64,000 nt of DNA from the IMG/VR virus record IMGVR_UViG_3300020049_016248. One strand, given 5' to 3'. How positions within the stretch are numbered: the first letter of the stretch is position 1; each line of letters opens with the position of its first letter. Both the position numbers and the translations under genes were made by a program. Positions 28,384 to 37,835 of this stretch are shown here, one piece after another. Under the pieces are notes generated by a model. It made no database searches. It had not been told where the DNA came from and was given only the letters and a program-made list of their open reading frames with translations. Source of the DNA: a virus. Its lineage: Duplodnaviria; Heunggongvirae; Uroviricota; Caudoviricetes.

Positions 28384-30465
28384 ATGGGTTTAGCAGCAGA
28401 TTTAGCAGCAGATATGATATATCAACAGTATTTGCAACAAGTTAATAATCTTCGAAATGGATTGTTAGGGAATGGTCCTGTTAACGGAACTAATGCAGGT
28501 GATAGTGAAACAAAAGATTATTACAATAAAGTAGCAGTTTTAGGGGCAGCTATGACAGGTTTAGAGGTAGCTCAACAAACATTGATGGATAAGAAAACTG
28601 ATAATTACTATAAAGGATTAGAAGATTATTCAAAACAATGGGAAGTTGAAATGAAACCACCTGATGAAGTTGAAAATAGTCCAACTCAATTTCCTGTTGA
28701 AACACCTCAACCTAAAATTAAAGCACCAGATAATGTTCAAGAGTTTATAGATAAGAACAACGAAACAGCCCCTGATGTGGAAAAATATTTTAAAGCTAAT
28801 AATAGCAACGTTTTTGATTTAACAAATTTAACTAGCAGTGACACGCCAAGTTCACCTGGACAAGATGTACCTGGTCATTCTGGTGAATATGGACAAACTT
28901 TATCTAATTCATTAAAGTTTGTTGTACCAGATGGTAAAGGTGGTTCTCAAACTTACTTTAAATCTTGGGTATTACCCAATGGGCAACCAGATCCTAATAG
29001 TCATGGAACACCTAACGAACCGTTAACAGAAAAAATTAATGCTATGTTAGAAGAAAAGAGAAAGAAAACCCCAGGTTCATATAAGTTCTTCATTGAAAAA
29101 TTACACGGTAAATCTGTTGACGGTAAATTTTATAAGAAAGGACCTATTAAAGAAGGTTTAAAAAGAACTGATTTACCAAATCGTATGGTATTCCCTGCTT
29201 ATATAAGTAAGTTTAATGATAGTTATGCTACTTCATGGGGTGATTATAAATTTGTAGGTCGTGGTGAAAAAGTTTTTGCATATGAAGAAACAACTAGAAC
29301 TATGCAATTAGAATTTTATATTATGTCAGATTTTTCTGCTGATGTTTTAGTTAAAGCTATTGATGATTATAATGCTTTATTGAAAGACCCTAATGCTGCA
29401 AATTCTAATAGCAGTTTAAATGCAACTACTCCCAATTTGCAGAGTACATATGAAACGCCAAATATGAATTCTTCAAATCCAAGTAACAGACAAGCTACAG
29501 ATTTAGAGGTTATGAAAGAATTACAAAGAATATGGCCAGATTGGGGAACAGGTACAACTCCTGACCCATCTCTTTCAGGTTCTTCTAGAACAGGTTTTGT
29601 TCAAGGTGTTTATTCCGGTACACCAGAAATGTTATGGTCAAGGATGACTTTCTTAGCACAATGTTGTTATGCATGGTATAGAAAAGATGGTAAGATGAAA
29701 GAACAACCGTTCGTTAGAGTTAGAATTGGTGATTTCTTTGATGTCGTAGCTAAAATAGATAGTCTAAACTTTACGCAAGACGAATTTGATATGGACTTAA
29801 ATCCTTCAGTAGTAGGAGTTGTGCCAATGGGAACAATTGTTTCTATGAGTTTGACAATTATTCATGAAGATGAGCCAACGTCAGAATACCCTCGCTTTTA
29901 TCATAGAGCAGATTTTGACACACCAGATACTTTAGGGTATGTCCCTGAGAGTCTTAGTGAAAACTCTGACACACTTGATAGTACTTTAGATAAAAATAAA
30001 TCTAATTCACCTGTTGCATTTTTATCTCGTTTATCTGAACAAGGTAGAGAAAAATTAAATTTTCCTAAAGATATTAAAGCAGTTCAAAGTTCATTAGCAA
30101 ATTTTGGAGGTTCATTGAAAGGTTTACAAGGTTTAAAGTCAAATTCTTTAAACTTATCAAATGTTGAGAAAGTAAAAGAGCTTTTATCTAATGCTAAACG
30201 TTTAGCTGATATCTCTGATAAGTTAAATGTAGAAAAGTTAAAAGATGTTAAACCTACTTTTGACCTTGGAGAATCAAAGAAAACAGTTAGTTCTATGAGT
30301 AATTCTAATATAAACGATGTAACTTCTACAACTGGAAACTTATCTGCAAAACAAAATGTTGTTACGATGGATCCAAATAAAGTAGATTATACTAAACAAG
30401 CAGCAAATAATAAAAAATTATTTCCACAGTTTTCACAACCGAAACCTACACCTCCAAATGTTTAG
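28384..30465 (+). CDS. tail-tube initiator / baseplate protein (GpU/gp48-54-like core)
   Basis: FPAYISKFNDSY...W...FVGRGE..F.YE.TTR; PFVRVRIGDFF. Confidence 0.6.
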   Translation: MGLAADLAADMIYQQYLQQVNNLRNGLLGNGPVNGTNAGDSETKDYYNKVAVLGAAMTGLEVAQQTLMDKKTDNYYKGLEDYSKQWEVEMKPPDEVENSPTQFPVETPQPKIKAPDNVQEFIDKNNETAPDVEKYFKANNSNVFDLTNLTSSDTPSSPGQDVPGHSGEYGQTLSNSLKFVVPDGKGGSQTYFKSWVLPNGQPDPNSHGTPNEPLTEKINAMLEEKRKKTPGSYKFFIEKLHGKSVDGKFYKKGPIKEGLKRTDLPNRMVFPAYISKFNDSYATSWGDYKFVGRGEKVFAYEETTRTMQLEFYIMSDFSADVLVKAIDDYNALLKDPNAANSNSSLNATTPNLQSTYETPNMNSSNPSNRQATDLEVMKELQRIWPDWGTGTTPDPSLSGSSRTGFVQGVYSGTPEMLWSRMTFLAQCCYAWYRKDGKMKEQPFVRVRIGDFFDVVAKIDSLNFTQDEFDMDLNPSVVGVVPMGTIVSMSLTIIHEDEPTSEYPRFYHRADFDTPDTLGYVPESLSENSDTLDSTLDKNKSNSPVAFLSRLSEQGREKLNFPKDIKAVQSSLANFGGSLKGLQGLKSNSLNLSNVEKVKELLSNAKRLADISDKLNVEKLKDVKPTFDLGESKKTVSSMSNSNINDVTSTTGNLSAKQNVVTMDPNKVDYTKQAANNKKLFPQFSQPKPTPPNV

Positions 30466-30605
30466 TGTAATACTTTACGATAATTATTTAATATAGCAGG
30501 AAGCTCTGAAAAAGAAATATTTTCAGAGCTTTTGATTATCTTATCATCAGACCATAAACTAATTGTAAAAGTTGAATCTGAATATTTTTTTATTCTAATT
30601 TCCAT
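30462..30605 (-). CDS. possible 47-aa protein missing from the ORF track
   Basis: MEIRIKKYSDSTFTISLW...KVLH*; its ATG overlaps the end of 30595..30993. Confidence 0.4.
   Translation of the reverse strand: MEIRIKKYSDSTFTISLWSDDKIIKSSENISFSELPAILNNYRKVLH
30501..30531. terminator. hairpin at the convergence of late and early blocks
   Basis: aagctctgaaaa-agaaata-ttttcagagctt. Confidence 0.6.
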
Positions 30606-30993
30606 TAAGCTCTTCGTTAATTGAATAAATTTGGTGACTTATTTCTAACATACCAAGAGTTGAAGGGTCAGATTGTAATAATTTAAGAGCTAAAGGAAAT
30701 TGTTGTTCTGTAAGATTAGGAAATAAATAACCTTGAATTGTGTTTTCTCTGACTGGATTCCAACCGTGAGTAAAAGCACCAGAAGGTGTACACCCTAATA
30801 AGATGAATATATCTCTACTTTTCCCACCACTAAAAAAACTTTTAATCATTCTATCAAACCATTCTTTAGTACGATAGTTTGCTTCTGATTGTTTAGCTTG
30901 TTCTAAAGGGTATATAACTGTATCAATAAATTTTGAAATACAACCAATCGTTCTTTCATTTAATAATAAAGTTATTTGATAGTCTCCGGGCAT
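30595..30993 (-). CDS. hypothetical protein
   Basis: 132-aa ORF. Confidence 0.55.
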   Translation of the reverse strand: MPGDYQITLLLNERTIGCISKFIDTVIYPLEQAKQSEANYRTKEWFDRMIKSFFSGGKSRDIFILLGCTPSGAFTHGWNPVRENTIQGYLFPNLTEQQFPLALKLLQSDPSTLGMLEISHQIYSINEELNGN

Positions 30994-31044
30994 CTTATAG
31001 TTTCTCCTTTTTGATTTAAAAAATCTAAATTAGGTTCAATTCCT

Positions 31045-31401
31045 TTATTTGGAAAATAAGGTGGTTCTACTTTGGATTTCGATTTCTGTTTTATTCCTTT
31101 TCCCTTTAATTTCTTCATTAATTTTTTGAATTGTATTTATTGTTTCCCATGAATTAGATTCTTCAGACCAAAGTTTAACTTCTTCTAGGAGAAATTTTTC
31201 ACCTACAATTCCATTTTGCTTTGTATGAAGTTCACATACATGTGAATTAACGTTAACAACATATAAATAGTTTTGACCATGTGCTCTTGCTGCATTAAGT
31301 GTAAGACTCTTTTCCCACGTACAACCGAAAGATTTACTTAATGGTATTTCTACTTTATCCCCTTTTTTAAACTTCATAATTATACGAATTTGAAATATCA
31401 C
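31045..31401 (-). CDS. hypothetical protein, possible SH3/KOW-like N-terminus
   Basis: MKFKKGDKVEI motif. Confidence 0.5.
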   Translation of the reverse strand: MIFQIRIIMKFKKGDKVEIPLSKSFGCTWEKSLTLNAARAHGQNYLYVVNVNSHVCELHTKQNGIVGEKFLLEEVKLWSEESNSWETINTIQKINEEIKGKRNKTEIEIQSRTTLFSK

Positions 31402-31768
31402 TCCAATTTATAGGGGTTTTGTTTATCGTTTCCACTATTAATAAAGGGAGAATCATTCCAGTAGAAGTTATAATTTCTATACCTGTAAACATACTATTTA
31501 AACTTATAGCTTGGAATTCACCTTGGTCAATACTTAACATATGTTCATAAAACATTTCTTCAACTGAGGAAATACGTTTACCGATTTCTATTTTCAACAA
31601 ACTTCTTAAAATATTTTCCCTTTTTGCTTTATCTTTGATGAATGAAATACTATCACCTTTTTTTAAAGCAATTCCTGTTTTCAATTCTAAGTTCATTAAG
31701 AATTCAACTTGTTCCCATTCAAATGTATCTTTCACTTTTCTTTTGTTTATTTTTTCTTGATTAATCAT
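31367..31768 (-). CDS. hypothetical protein
   Basis: ATG 31768 preferred because the track start at 31849 overlaps the ligase. Confidence 0.5.
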   Translation of the reverse strand: MINQEKINKRKVKDTFEWEQVEFLMNLELKTGIALKKGDSISFIKDKAKRENILRSLLKIEIGKRISSVEEMFYEHMLSIDQGEFQAISLNSMFTGIEIITSTGMILPLLIVETINKTPINWSDISNSYNYEV

Positions 31769-31787
31769 AATTTCTATAAATGTTTTT

Positions 31788-32942
31788 TTAATCAATTCTA
31801 AAAACTTTAGCTTTTGGAAACCTTGGAATGTTATATTCTGATACCCCAAAGTAATGCACAGTTACTTGTTTTCCAATATATTTTCCTTGATTCTCCCACA
31901 TTTCTATTGCTTCTGTATGTGAAAATGTTAACCCAGCATTAAACTCTTTTCCTTCTTTTGTCTTACAAATAATTGCACCAGCCATTCCACCTCTTTTAGA
32001 TTCTTCAAAACCAACACATTCGAATTCAGCATCTTCAAAGATTTTGTATTTTATCAAATTCCAAGTTCTTTTATGAATATATGGAGCATCAGTTGTACGA
32101 ATCATCAACCCTTCATATAAATCTGCTAAATATAATTCTAATTGACTTCTTAAAGATTCTTCTGTTGCTATCAATTCAGTAGTAGGAACAACTTTAACAA
32201 CAGAAGACTCAAACTTTTGAATAATCTCTTGACGATTTTTATAAACTAAAGGTAATTGCACATCGTAGATATGATATTGAATTGTTTGGCATAATTCTAA
32301 ATGTTTATCTGTTTTCTTTTCTTTTTTAATTAAACCAGATAATTGGTTGAAAGGAAACATATTTGTATACAATTCACCATCTAACCATAACTCTTCAACA
32401 TTTGAATAATGTTCTTCCCAAGTGTTTCTTAAAGATTCTTCAAGGTGTTTTAATATTGGTAATTTCTCCCCTTTACGAGAATATAAAGTAATTGAGTTTT
32501 CAGTGATATGAAATATGCCACGCAAACCATCTAATTTAGGTTGTACATAAACTGTTTTACTTTTAAGCTCTAAGTCAATTAAGTTCTTAGACCCTTTTTG
32601 CTTCTTCGTAGGGTCATACTTTTGAGCAAGCATTGGCTGTTTAATACCTGTCCCTAATTCAGTTTGAGGTTTTGCAAGACTAATATCTTCAACATACCCA
32701 GCTTTCATTTTACTCTCAATCTTAGAATTGATATCAGATATTGCTTGAGTTTCTGGTGTAGTTCCGTTAGTTTTCCCAATGTTTTTACCTTTCGTAACCT
32801 TTGTTATAGTTTCAGCTAATTTACCATGTAACTTACCAGATTCAATATGAATCTCAACATGAGAAGCTAATACTTCAAGCCAAATTCTCCAAATTTTAAC
32901 TCGACCTTTCGAATCAAGTTGATATAATGTTTTATTTACCAT
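31788..32942 (-). CDS. ATP-dependent DNA ligase
   Basis: VQPKLDGLR (KxDG), WLDGELY, YEGLMIR, LIKYK, PRFP. Confidence 0.92.
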   Translation of the reverse strand: MVNKTLYQLDSKGRVKIWRIWLEVLASHVEIHIESGKLHGKLAETITKVTKGKNIGKTNGTTPETQAISDINSKIESKMKAGYVEDISLAKPQTELGTGIKQPMLAQKYDPTKKQKGSKNLIDLELKSKTVYVQPKLDGLRGIFHITENSITLYSRKGEKLPILKHLEESLRNTWEEHYSNVEELWLDGELYTNMFPFNQLSGLIKKEKKTDKHLELCQTIQYHIYDVQLPLVYKNRQEIIQKFESSVVKVVPTTELIATEESLRSQLELYLADLYEGLMIRTTDAPYIHKRTWNLIKYKIFEDAEFECVGFEESKRGGMAGAIICKTKEGKEFNAGLTFSHTEAIEMWENQGKYIGKQVTVHYFGVSEYNIPRFPKAKVFRID

Positions 32943-32957
32943 AGGTTTTATTTTATT

Positions 32958-32989
32958 TAAAATTATTATTTAATCACTAAACTTCCTAC
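32958..32989 (-). promoter_or_regulatory. putative early promoter, copy A
   Basis: Minus strand gtaggaagtttagt-N10-taatttta, upstream of the ligase. Confidence 0.55.
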
Positions 32990-32992
32990 TTA

Positions 32993-34633
32993 CTAAATGT
33001 TAATACCTAAAACTAAAATGTCATCTACTTGTTCTAATTCACCTTTCCACATACTTATAGTGTTGTGTAATTCAATACCATGTGAGTTAAAAGTACTTCT
33101 TAATGAAGTTAAAGTTTCTTTGAAACGTTTTGTAGAATATTTCTTTCCATTTTCACCACCAAATTGATCTACATAACCATCTGTAGTCATGTATAACTTA
33201 TCTCCAATGTTTTTACGAATTGTATGTTGCTCATATTGCGTTTCATAATTATTGTCTCCTCCAATTGCTTTCTTACTGGCAGGATATTCAACCAAATTAT
33301 TATTATTTACTATATATAAATTACGTTTAGCTCCACAAAAAATTATTTCATCAATGTTATTATCAATACAAACCAAACCGATTTCCATTCCATCCTGACG
33401 ACCTAATTGTTCCATGCGTTTTTTCAACTCATTGTTAACATATGATAAAATATCTTTCGGTTGGATAAAACGTTCAACAGCTTGATTTAAAAACTCTGTG
33501 CATAACATTGATAACAATGCACCTGGTACTCCGTGACCTGTACAATCTGCTACTGCATAATAAATTCTATTGTTAATTTCTTTATACCAATAAAAGTCAC
33601 CACTTACAATATCTTTTGGTTGAAAAAATACAAATGCATTTTTTAATGCTTGAGGTAAAATAGTTTGTTGAATACCTGCTGCATAATTAATACTATCAGT
33701 AATATCTTTATTTTTTTGTTCAATAATTTGCTTTTGAGCTTTACTTCTTTTATATTGTTTAAAAACAATTACTAAAAACACAACAACTAAAACTAATACA
33801 ATTATTGCAATGATTATGATTTTTTGTTGATTTTCTTTTTGTTCGTTTAAAGAATTGATTTTAAATTCCTTTTCTTTCATTTGAAATGAAGAAGCTAATT
33901 TAGATTGTTGTTCTAATTGTGCGTAGTTAGTTAAACTATCTTTATAAGATATTGTTAAGCTATAATATTTACTTAACTCTTCAACATTACTTGTAGAGAT
34001 ATAATATATAGTTAATAAGTTAGCGCAAGTTAATTTATTGTCTAAAGAAGAAGTTTGAGTAGATAAGATAGAATCAATTTTTTGAATATCGTTTTGAGTT
34101 ACAGTTTTTAATTTTGTTTTGATTTCAAAAATATTCATTGCTACTGTGTTAGAATATAAACCTGTTTTTTTAGCTTCTAACAATGCTTCTAAAACTTTAT
34201 TATAATCTTTTTTCAAATCATAATATTGTGCGTAAGAAGTGTAAAGTAAATATATTGTATTGTTATTGTCAGGTTTGAATTTTTTTACTTCATCTAAAAG
34301 AATTTTAGCTGAATCAAGTTTCGATTCAATCATATAAAAATTAGCAATTCTAATTTTTATAAATTGTCTTGTTCCAGGATTGTATTTTTCATTCAAAAGA
34401 GAAATGAAAAGTTTTTTAGATAAAGAATAATTCTCTAAATTCAAATAACAATTTGCTATTGTTAATGATAACAATAAATCCTGTGTAGTGTTTTGATTTT
34501 GTTGTTTTAAACAAACTTGTAAAGCTTGTTCTGTTTCCCCAAGAGCTTCTAAAGAATCTACTTTTTGTTTCCAAGTGTTAGCAATAACATTTGTTGTAAC
34601 TGCTAATAAGATTGTTAAGATTAAGTTTTTCAT
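32993..34633 (-). CDS. membrane-anchored TPR + SpoIIE/RsbU (PP2C-type) phosphatase
   Basis: Signal peptide, TPR-like helices, TM segment IIIIAIIVLVLVVVFLVIVF; PKDIVSGDFYW, ADCTGHGVPGA, TDGYVDQFGG, QVDDILVLG. Confidence 0.9.
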   Translation of the reverse strand: MKNLILTILLAVTTNVIANTWKQKVDSLEALGETEQALQVCLKQQNQNTTQDLLLSLTIANCYLNLENYSLSKKLFISLLNEKYNPGTRQFIKIRIANFYMIESKLDSAKILLDEVKKFKPDNNNTIYLLYTSYAQYYDLKKDYNKVLEALLEAKKTGLYSNTVAMNIFEIKTKLKTVTQNDIQKIDSILSTQTSSLDNKLTCANLLTIYYISTSNVEELSKYYSLTISYKDSLTNYAQLEQQSKLASSFQMKEKEFKINSLNEQKENQQKIIIIAIIVLVLVVVFLVIVFKQYKRSKAQKQIIEQKNKDITDSINYAAGIQQTILPQALKNAFVFFQPKDIVSGDFYWYKEINNRIYYAVADCTGHGVPGALLSMLCTEFLNQAVERFIQPKDILSYVNNELKKRMEQLGRQDGMEIGLVCIDNNIDEIIFCGAKRNLYIVNNNNLVEYPASKKAIGGDNNYETQYEQHTIRKNIGDKLYMTTDGYVDQFGGENGKKYSTKRFKETLTSLRSTFNSHGIELHNTISMWKGELEQVDDILVLGINI

Positions 34634-34651
34634 ATCTTTTAATTTATATAC

Positions 34652-34683
34652 TAAAGATATAGAGAAACTTGTAAACTTCCTAC
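34652..34683 (-). promoter_or_regulatory. putative early promoter, copy B
   Basis: Minus strand gtaggaagtttaca-N10-tatcttta. Confidence 0.6.
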
Positions 34684-34730
34684 TGAAAACAATAAAAATG
34701 TTTACAAATGTAACCTACGCGCAGTGCAGG

Positions 34731-34919
34731 TTATACTTCATTTTCATTTAATTCACGGAGATAAGTAGATAAAATCTGGTCGAATTTAAGGAAAGGTCGT
34801 ATGAAACGAATGAATTCTTTAATTTCCTCATCGTTTGGTTCGTTTGTCCAAGGTAAATTTTCATTGTACACTTGTTGTCCTGTACCTGTATTTATTGCAA
34901 TAATATTATAGAGTTTCAT
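34731..34919 (-). CDS. hypothetical protein
   Basis: 62-aa ORF overlapping the upstream gene end. Confidence 0.5.
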   Translation of the reverse strand: MKLYNIIAINTGTGQQVYNENLPWTNEPNDEEIKEFIRFIRPFLKFDQILSTYLRELNENEV

Positions 34920-35430
34920 TTATATTTGCTTGTTTTATTCGATAATCTTCCCAAGATTTACAGTTTTCTAAGAGTGGAAATAATTTCCAAAACTTTTTCC
35001 AAACAGATTTATTAGCTCTTTGTTTAGGGAAACGAATTGAAGTAATTGACCCACCACCGCTTCCTACTCGTACATCTTTATTATCTCTTCCTTCCTTTTT
35101 AGGTTTTGCTTGATATCTGCTACTTAACTTTCTACTTTCATCATTTTTAACACGCCATATTTTATAGAATTCAGATTCTGAATAAGTAAATGAACTTATT
35201 TTATAAGCTTCAATTATTTTATGTTTTACAGAATCTGATTGTTGTAAATGATAAAAAGAATTATCAGAACGTTTAAGTGATTCTTTTACATCTGCTAAAT
35301 ACACAGGTCTAATCTGAAAAACTTGTTTTAAAATTTTTCTCTGTTTTGCAGAGAGTGTTTCCCAAAAAGTATTGAAGATAATATCATCAACGATATTTAC
35401 TTGCACTGTTTTTTTTGTTGTTGTTTTCAT
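34906..35430 (-). CDS. hypothetical basic protein
   Basis: 174-aa ORF. Confidence 0.55.
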   Translation of the reverse strand: MKTTTKKTVQVNIVDDIIFNTFWETLSAKQRKILKQVFQIRPVYLADVKESLKRSDNSFYHLQQSDSVKHKIIEAYKISSFTYSESEFYKIWRVKNDESRKLSSRYQAKPKKEGRDNKDVRVGSGGGSITSIRFPKQRANKSVWKKFWKLFPLLENCKSWEDYRIKQANINETL

Positions 35431-35451
35431 AAAAGATATGTAACTTTTATT

Positions 35452-35739
35452 TTACTCCTCGTAATGCGGTTCTTTTGACTCAATTGAATGAACTACCCAG
35501 ACTTTTGAATTCCATAAGTCTGATATAGATTTGTAAGAACGTTGTTTACTTAAATCTCTTTGAAGTGAGAACCAGAGGAAATCTTCTTCTATTATTATCT
35601 TATAAACTGTTTCAAAAGCAGTTTTATAGTTAAAATGCCAAAGAGTTAAAGCTAGATAAAATATAAACAATACAACGAGTTTAAAAAGAATGATGTAACC
35701 CCAAAGTACAATCAAAATTAATTTCCAAAGATATTTCAT
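35452..35739 (-). CDS. small membrane protein, tandem paralog 2
   Basis: MKYLWKL.LI.LW...YKSI.DLW shared with 35764 ORF. Confidence 0.7.
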   Translation of the reverse strand: MKYLWKLILIVLWGYIILFKLVVLFIFYLALTLWHFNYKTAFETVYKIIIEEDFLWFSLQRDLSKQRSYKSISDLWNSKVWVVHSIESKEPHYEE

Positions 35740-35763
35740 GTTATTTAGATTTAAGTTTAACGA

Positions 35764-36021
35764 TTATTTTTTAGCTGTCCAAGTTCTTGAAATCCACAAG
35801 TCTGGTATAGATTTGTAATATGTTTTATAAAAAATTCTATCTTTAATTGGAAGATAGAAAAATGTTTTACAATCAATAGTTTCTTGAATCATTATATTTG
35901 CTTTATTGAAATTAAAACTCCAAAGAACTAAAGCAATATAATGTACAATTTTTAGAACAATTTTAAGCATTAAATATAACACCCAAAGTATAATTAAAAC
36001 TAGCTTCCAAAGATATTTCAT
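35764..36021 (-). CDS. small membrane protein, tandem paralog 1
   Basis: Same N-terminal hydrophobic segment and YKSI.DLW motif. Confidence 0.7.
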   Translation of the reverse strand: MKYLWKLVLIILWVLYLMLKIVLKIVHYIALVLWSFNFNKANIMIQETIDCKTFFYLPIKDRIFYKTYYKSIPDLWISRTWTAKK

Positions 36022-36044
36022 ATGTGATATTTTTAACTAATACC

Positions 36045-36076
36045 TAAAGATATGATATAACCTGTAAACTTTCTAC
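36045..36076 (-). promoter_or_regulatory. putative early promoter, copy C
   Basis: Minus strand gtagaaagtttaca-N10-tatcttta. Confidence 0.6.
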
Positions 36077-36090
36077 TATTTATAAAAACA

Positions 36091-36858
36091 ATGAGATTTA
36101 ACGAAACAAAACTTACCGACCATTATAAAGAAAGAGTTAGAGATAGAATTGATAGTTCTACATTAACTCTACCTTTTCAATTACCTCAAGTTCAAAATTT
36201 TTCTGAAGGTGAATTACATAATCTTATTAAAGTTGAATTAGATAAGAAAATTAAAGAAAAAGCTTTTCAAGCTGGTTCACAAGATTATACAAAAGATGAT
36301 TTTGTATGTTTAGTTATAGCTGAAATTAGTATTGTTTATAAAGGTAAAAGTTATTTACCTGTTATATCAAATGATGGTCCTAAAGGTCATGTTTACTACG
36401 CCCCTATTTTAAATGATGCTTTGATTACTTTAGTACTTGCAGAGTCAGCTGACCCAAGTGTTTTATTATCTCGTTGTGTACAACATCTACAAAGAAGCAA
36501 ACAAGTGCAAGTTACACCAGAAGATTTTACTTTGTATAGATTACCTGGATATAAAATAGTTTTTGATTTAGATAGGTTCATTCAAAGTTTAGAAACACCT
36601 AAAGAGGAAAAGAAAATAACAGCTGAAGAATTGCCTTATAAGATTAGAACTGATTATAGAAAAGATGCTGATTTTGAACATATGACCTATGGTAAAGGTA
36701 AGATTGTAAACACTTCAAATGGTGTAAAAGGTGTAGGTGATGCTCACGGTAAATTAGACTGGGTTGATGTTGACTTTAAAAAACCTTTTGTAAGTCAAGG
36801 TAAATTAACTACTGTGAGAAGAATACCAGGGATAATTACTAAAATAGGATTGAACTAA
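36091..36858 (+). CDS. late-type hypothetical protein, possible head cargo
   Basis: Isolated + gene preceded by TATTTATA (36077-36084); starts MRFNE like MKFNE of 40214. Confidence 0.55.
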   Translation: MRFNETKLTDHYKERVRDRIDSSTLTLPFQLPQVQNFSEGELHNLIKVELDKKIKEKAFQAGSQDYTKDDFVCLVIAEISIVYKGKSYLPVISNDGPKGHVYYAPILNDALITLVLAESADPSVLLSRCVQHLQRSKQVQVTPEDFTLYRLPGYKIVFDLDRFIQSLETPKEEKKITAEELPYKIRTDYRKDADFEHMTYGKGKIVNTSNGVKGVGDAHGKLDWVDVDFKKPFVSQGKLTTVRRIPGIITKIGLN

Positions 36859-37266
36859 AGGTTTTCTATAATACTTATAAAACATAGGTTTCATATTAAT
36901 TTTCTCTTTCAACCTTTCTCTCGATAACTCTAATTCAAAAGAGTTAAAAGTCCAATTATTATAATATGAAGTTTTCGATAAAGTTTCAATTTTAGTTAAA
37001 TAGGATTCAACTATTTTTTCATCAACTTTAAATTTACGTTCCTTCGCTTCCGCTAACAGTTGTAAGTAACGATAATGCAACCATTGCAACTTATTGTAGA
37101 AAAATATAACATGCCCTGTTCCTAATTTATAAGATGTAGGAAAGTTAATTGTTTTGTTTTTTGATTTTTTTAATATTAAAGAAAAAATACGAGGTAATTC
37201 TCGTATTTCTGCTTTTAAATGTTGGTCAGTTAATTCTTTTGGGACAACTAAGTTAATTCTTGTCAT
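36805..37266 (-). CDS. denV: pyrimidine-dimer DNA glycosylase (T4 endonuclease V family)
   Basis: MTRINLV, HL.AE.RELPRIF, YKLGTGHV.FFYNKL. Confidence 0.92.
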   Translation of the reverse strand: MTRINLVVPKELTDQHLKAEIRELPRIFSLILKKSKNKTINFPTSYKLGTGHVIFFYNKLQWLHYRYLQLLAEAKERKFKVDEKIVESYLTKIETLSKTSYYNNWTFNSFELELSRERLKEKINMKPMFYKYYRKPLVQSYFSNYPWYSSHSS

Positions 37267-37778
37267 GCTTTAACAATATGTGCTAAAACTGTCTTAACTC
37301 TTTCTTCTATAGAACCTGTTACAGTTATAACTGATAAATTATTATCTTTAATATACTTTTGAATTGCAAGGTCAATGTTAATTCTATCTTGTTCGTCTGT
37401 AAAACGAACACCATCATTAACTATTGGAAATTCAATAGGTATATAAAAAATATGGTCAATATTATTTTTATGCTTATCGAAGCAGTCTTGTATGTGTTGT
37501 GTCTTCAACCCTTTAAGGTAATATTCTGTATAAACAATAGCATCAATAGGTGAACGGGTTGATATTAAGTTCTTATAACTAATATAATTTTCATATGCCC
37601 AACATGTTAATTCATTCAACACTATTTGCTCTTGAACTGACGACATAGAAGATTTTTCTTTTGCTATTTTAACTGGTCTAGAAAACCCATCAGTTGTAAA
37701 AGTAAAGGGTAAAGTTTTTCTAATTTCTTCTAATAAAGTAGATTTACCTGTAGAATGTGCACCTAATAATATATTCAT
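37263..37778 (-). CDS. P-loop nucleotide kinase (AAA_28/NadR-like)
   Basis: GAHSTGKST Walker A; RSPIDA..Y; DGVR. Confidence 0.75.
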   Translation of the reverse strand: MNILLGAHSTGKSTLLEEIRKTLPFTFTTDGFSRPVKIAKEKSSMSSVQEQIVLNELTCWAYENYISYKNLISTRSPIDAIVYTEYYLKGLKTQHIQDCFDKHKNNIDHIFYIPIEFPIVNDGVRFTDEQDRINIDLAIQKYIKDNNLSVITVTGSIEERVKTVLAHIVKA

Positions 37779-37803
37779 TGTGTTTTTTTATTTGTTTAAA
37801 GAT

Positions 37804-37835
37804 AAAAAAAAAGTGGTTAAGAATCCACTTTTTTT
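37804..37835 (-). terminator. intrinsic terminator directly after the GNAT gene
   Basis: Minus strand aaaaaaagtgg-attcttaa-ccactttttttt. Confidence 0.7.

Noticed and set aside
30972-31118. 48-aa basic ORF (MKKLKGKGIKQK...) on the minus strand
   Set aside because: It overlaps both neighbours in another frame and has no independent support
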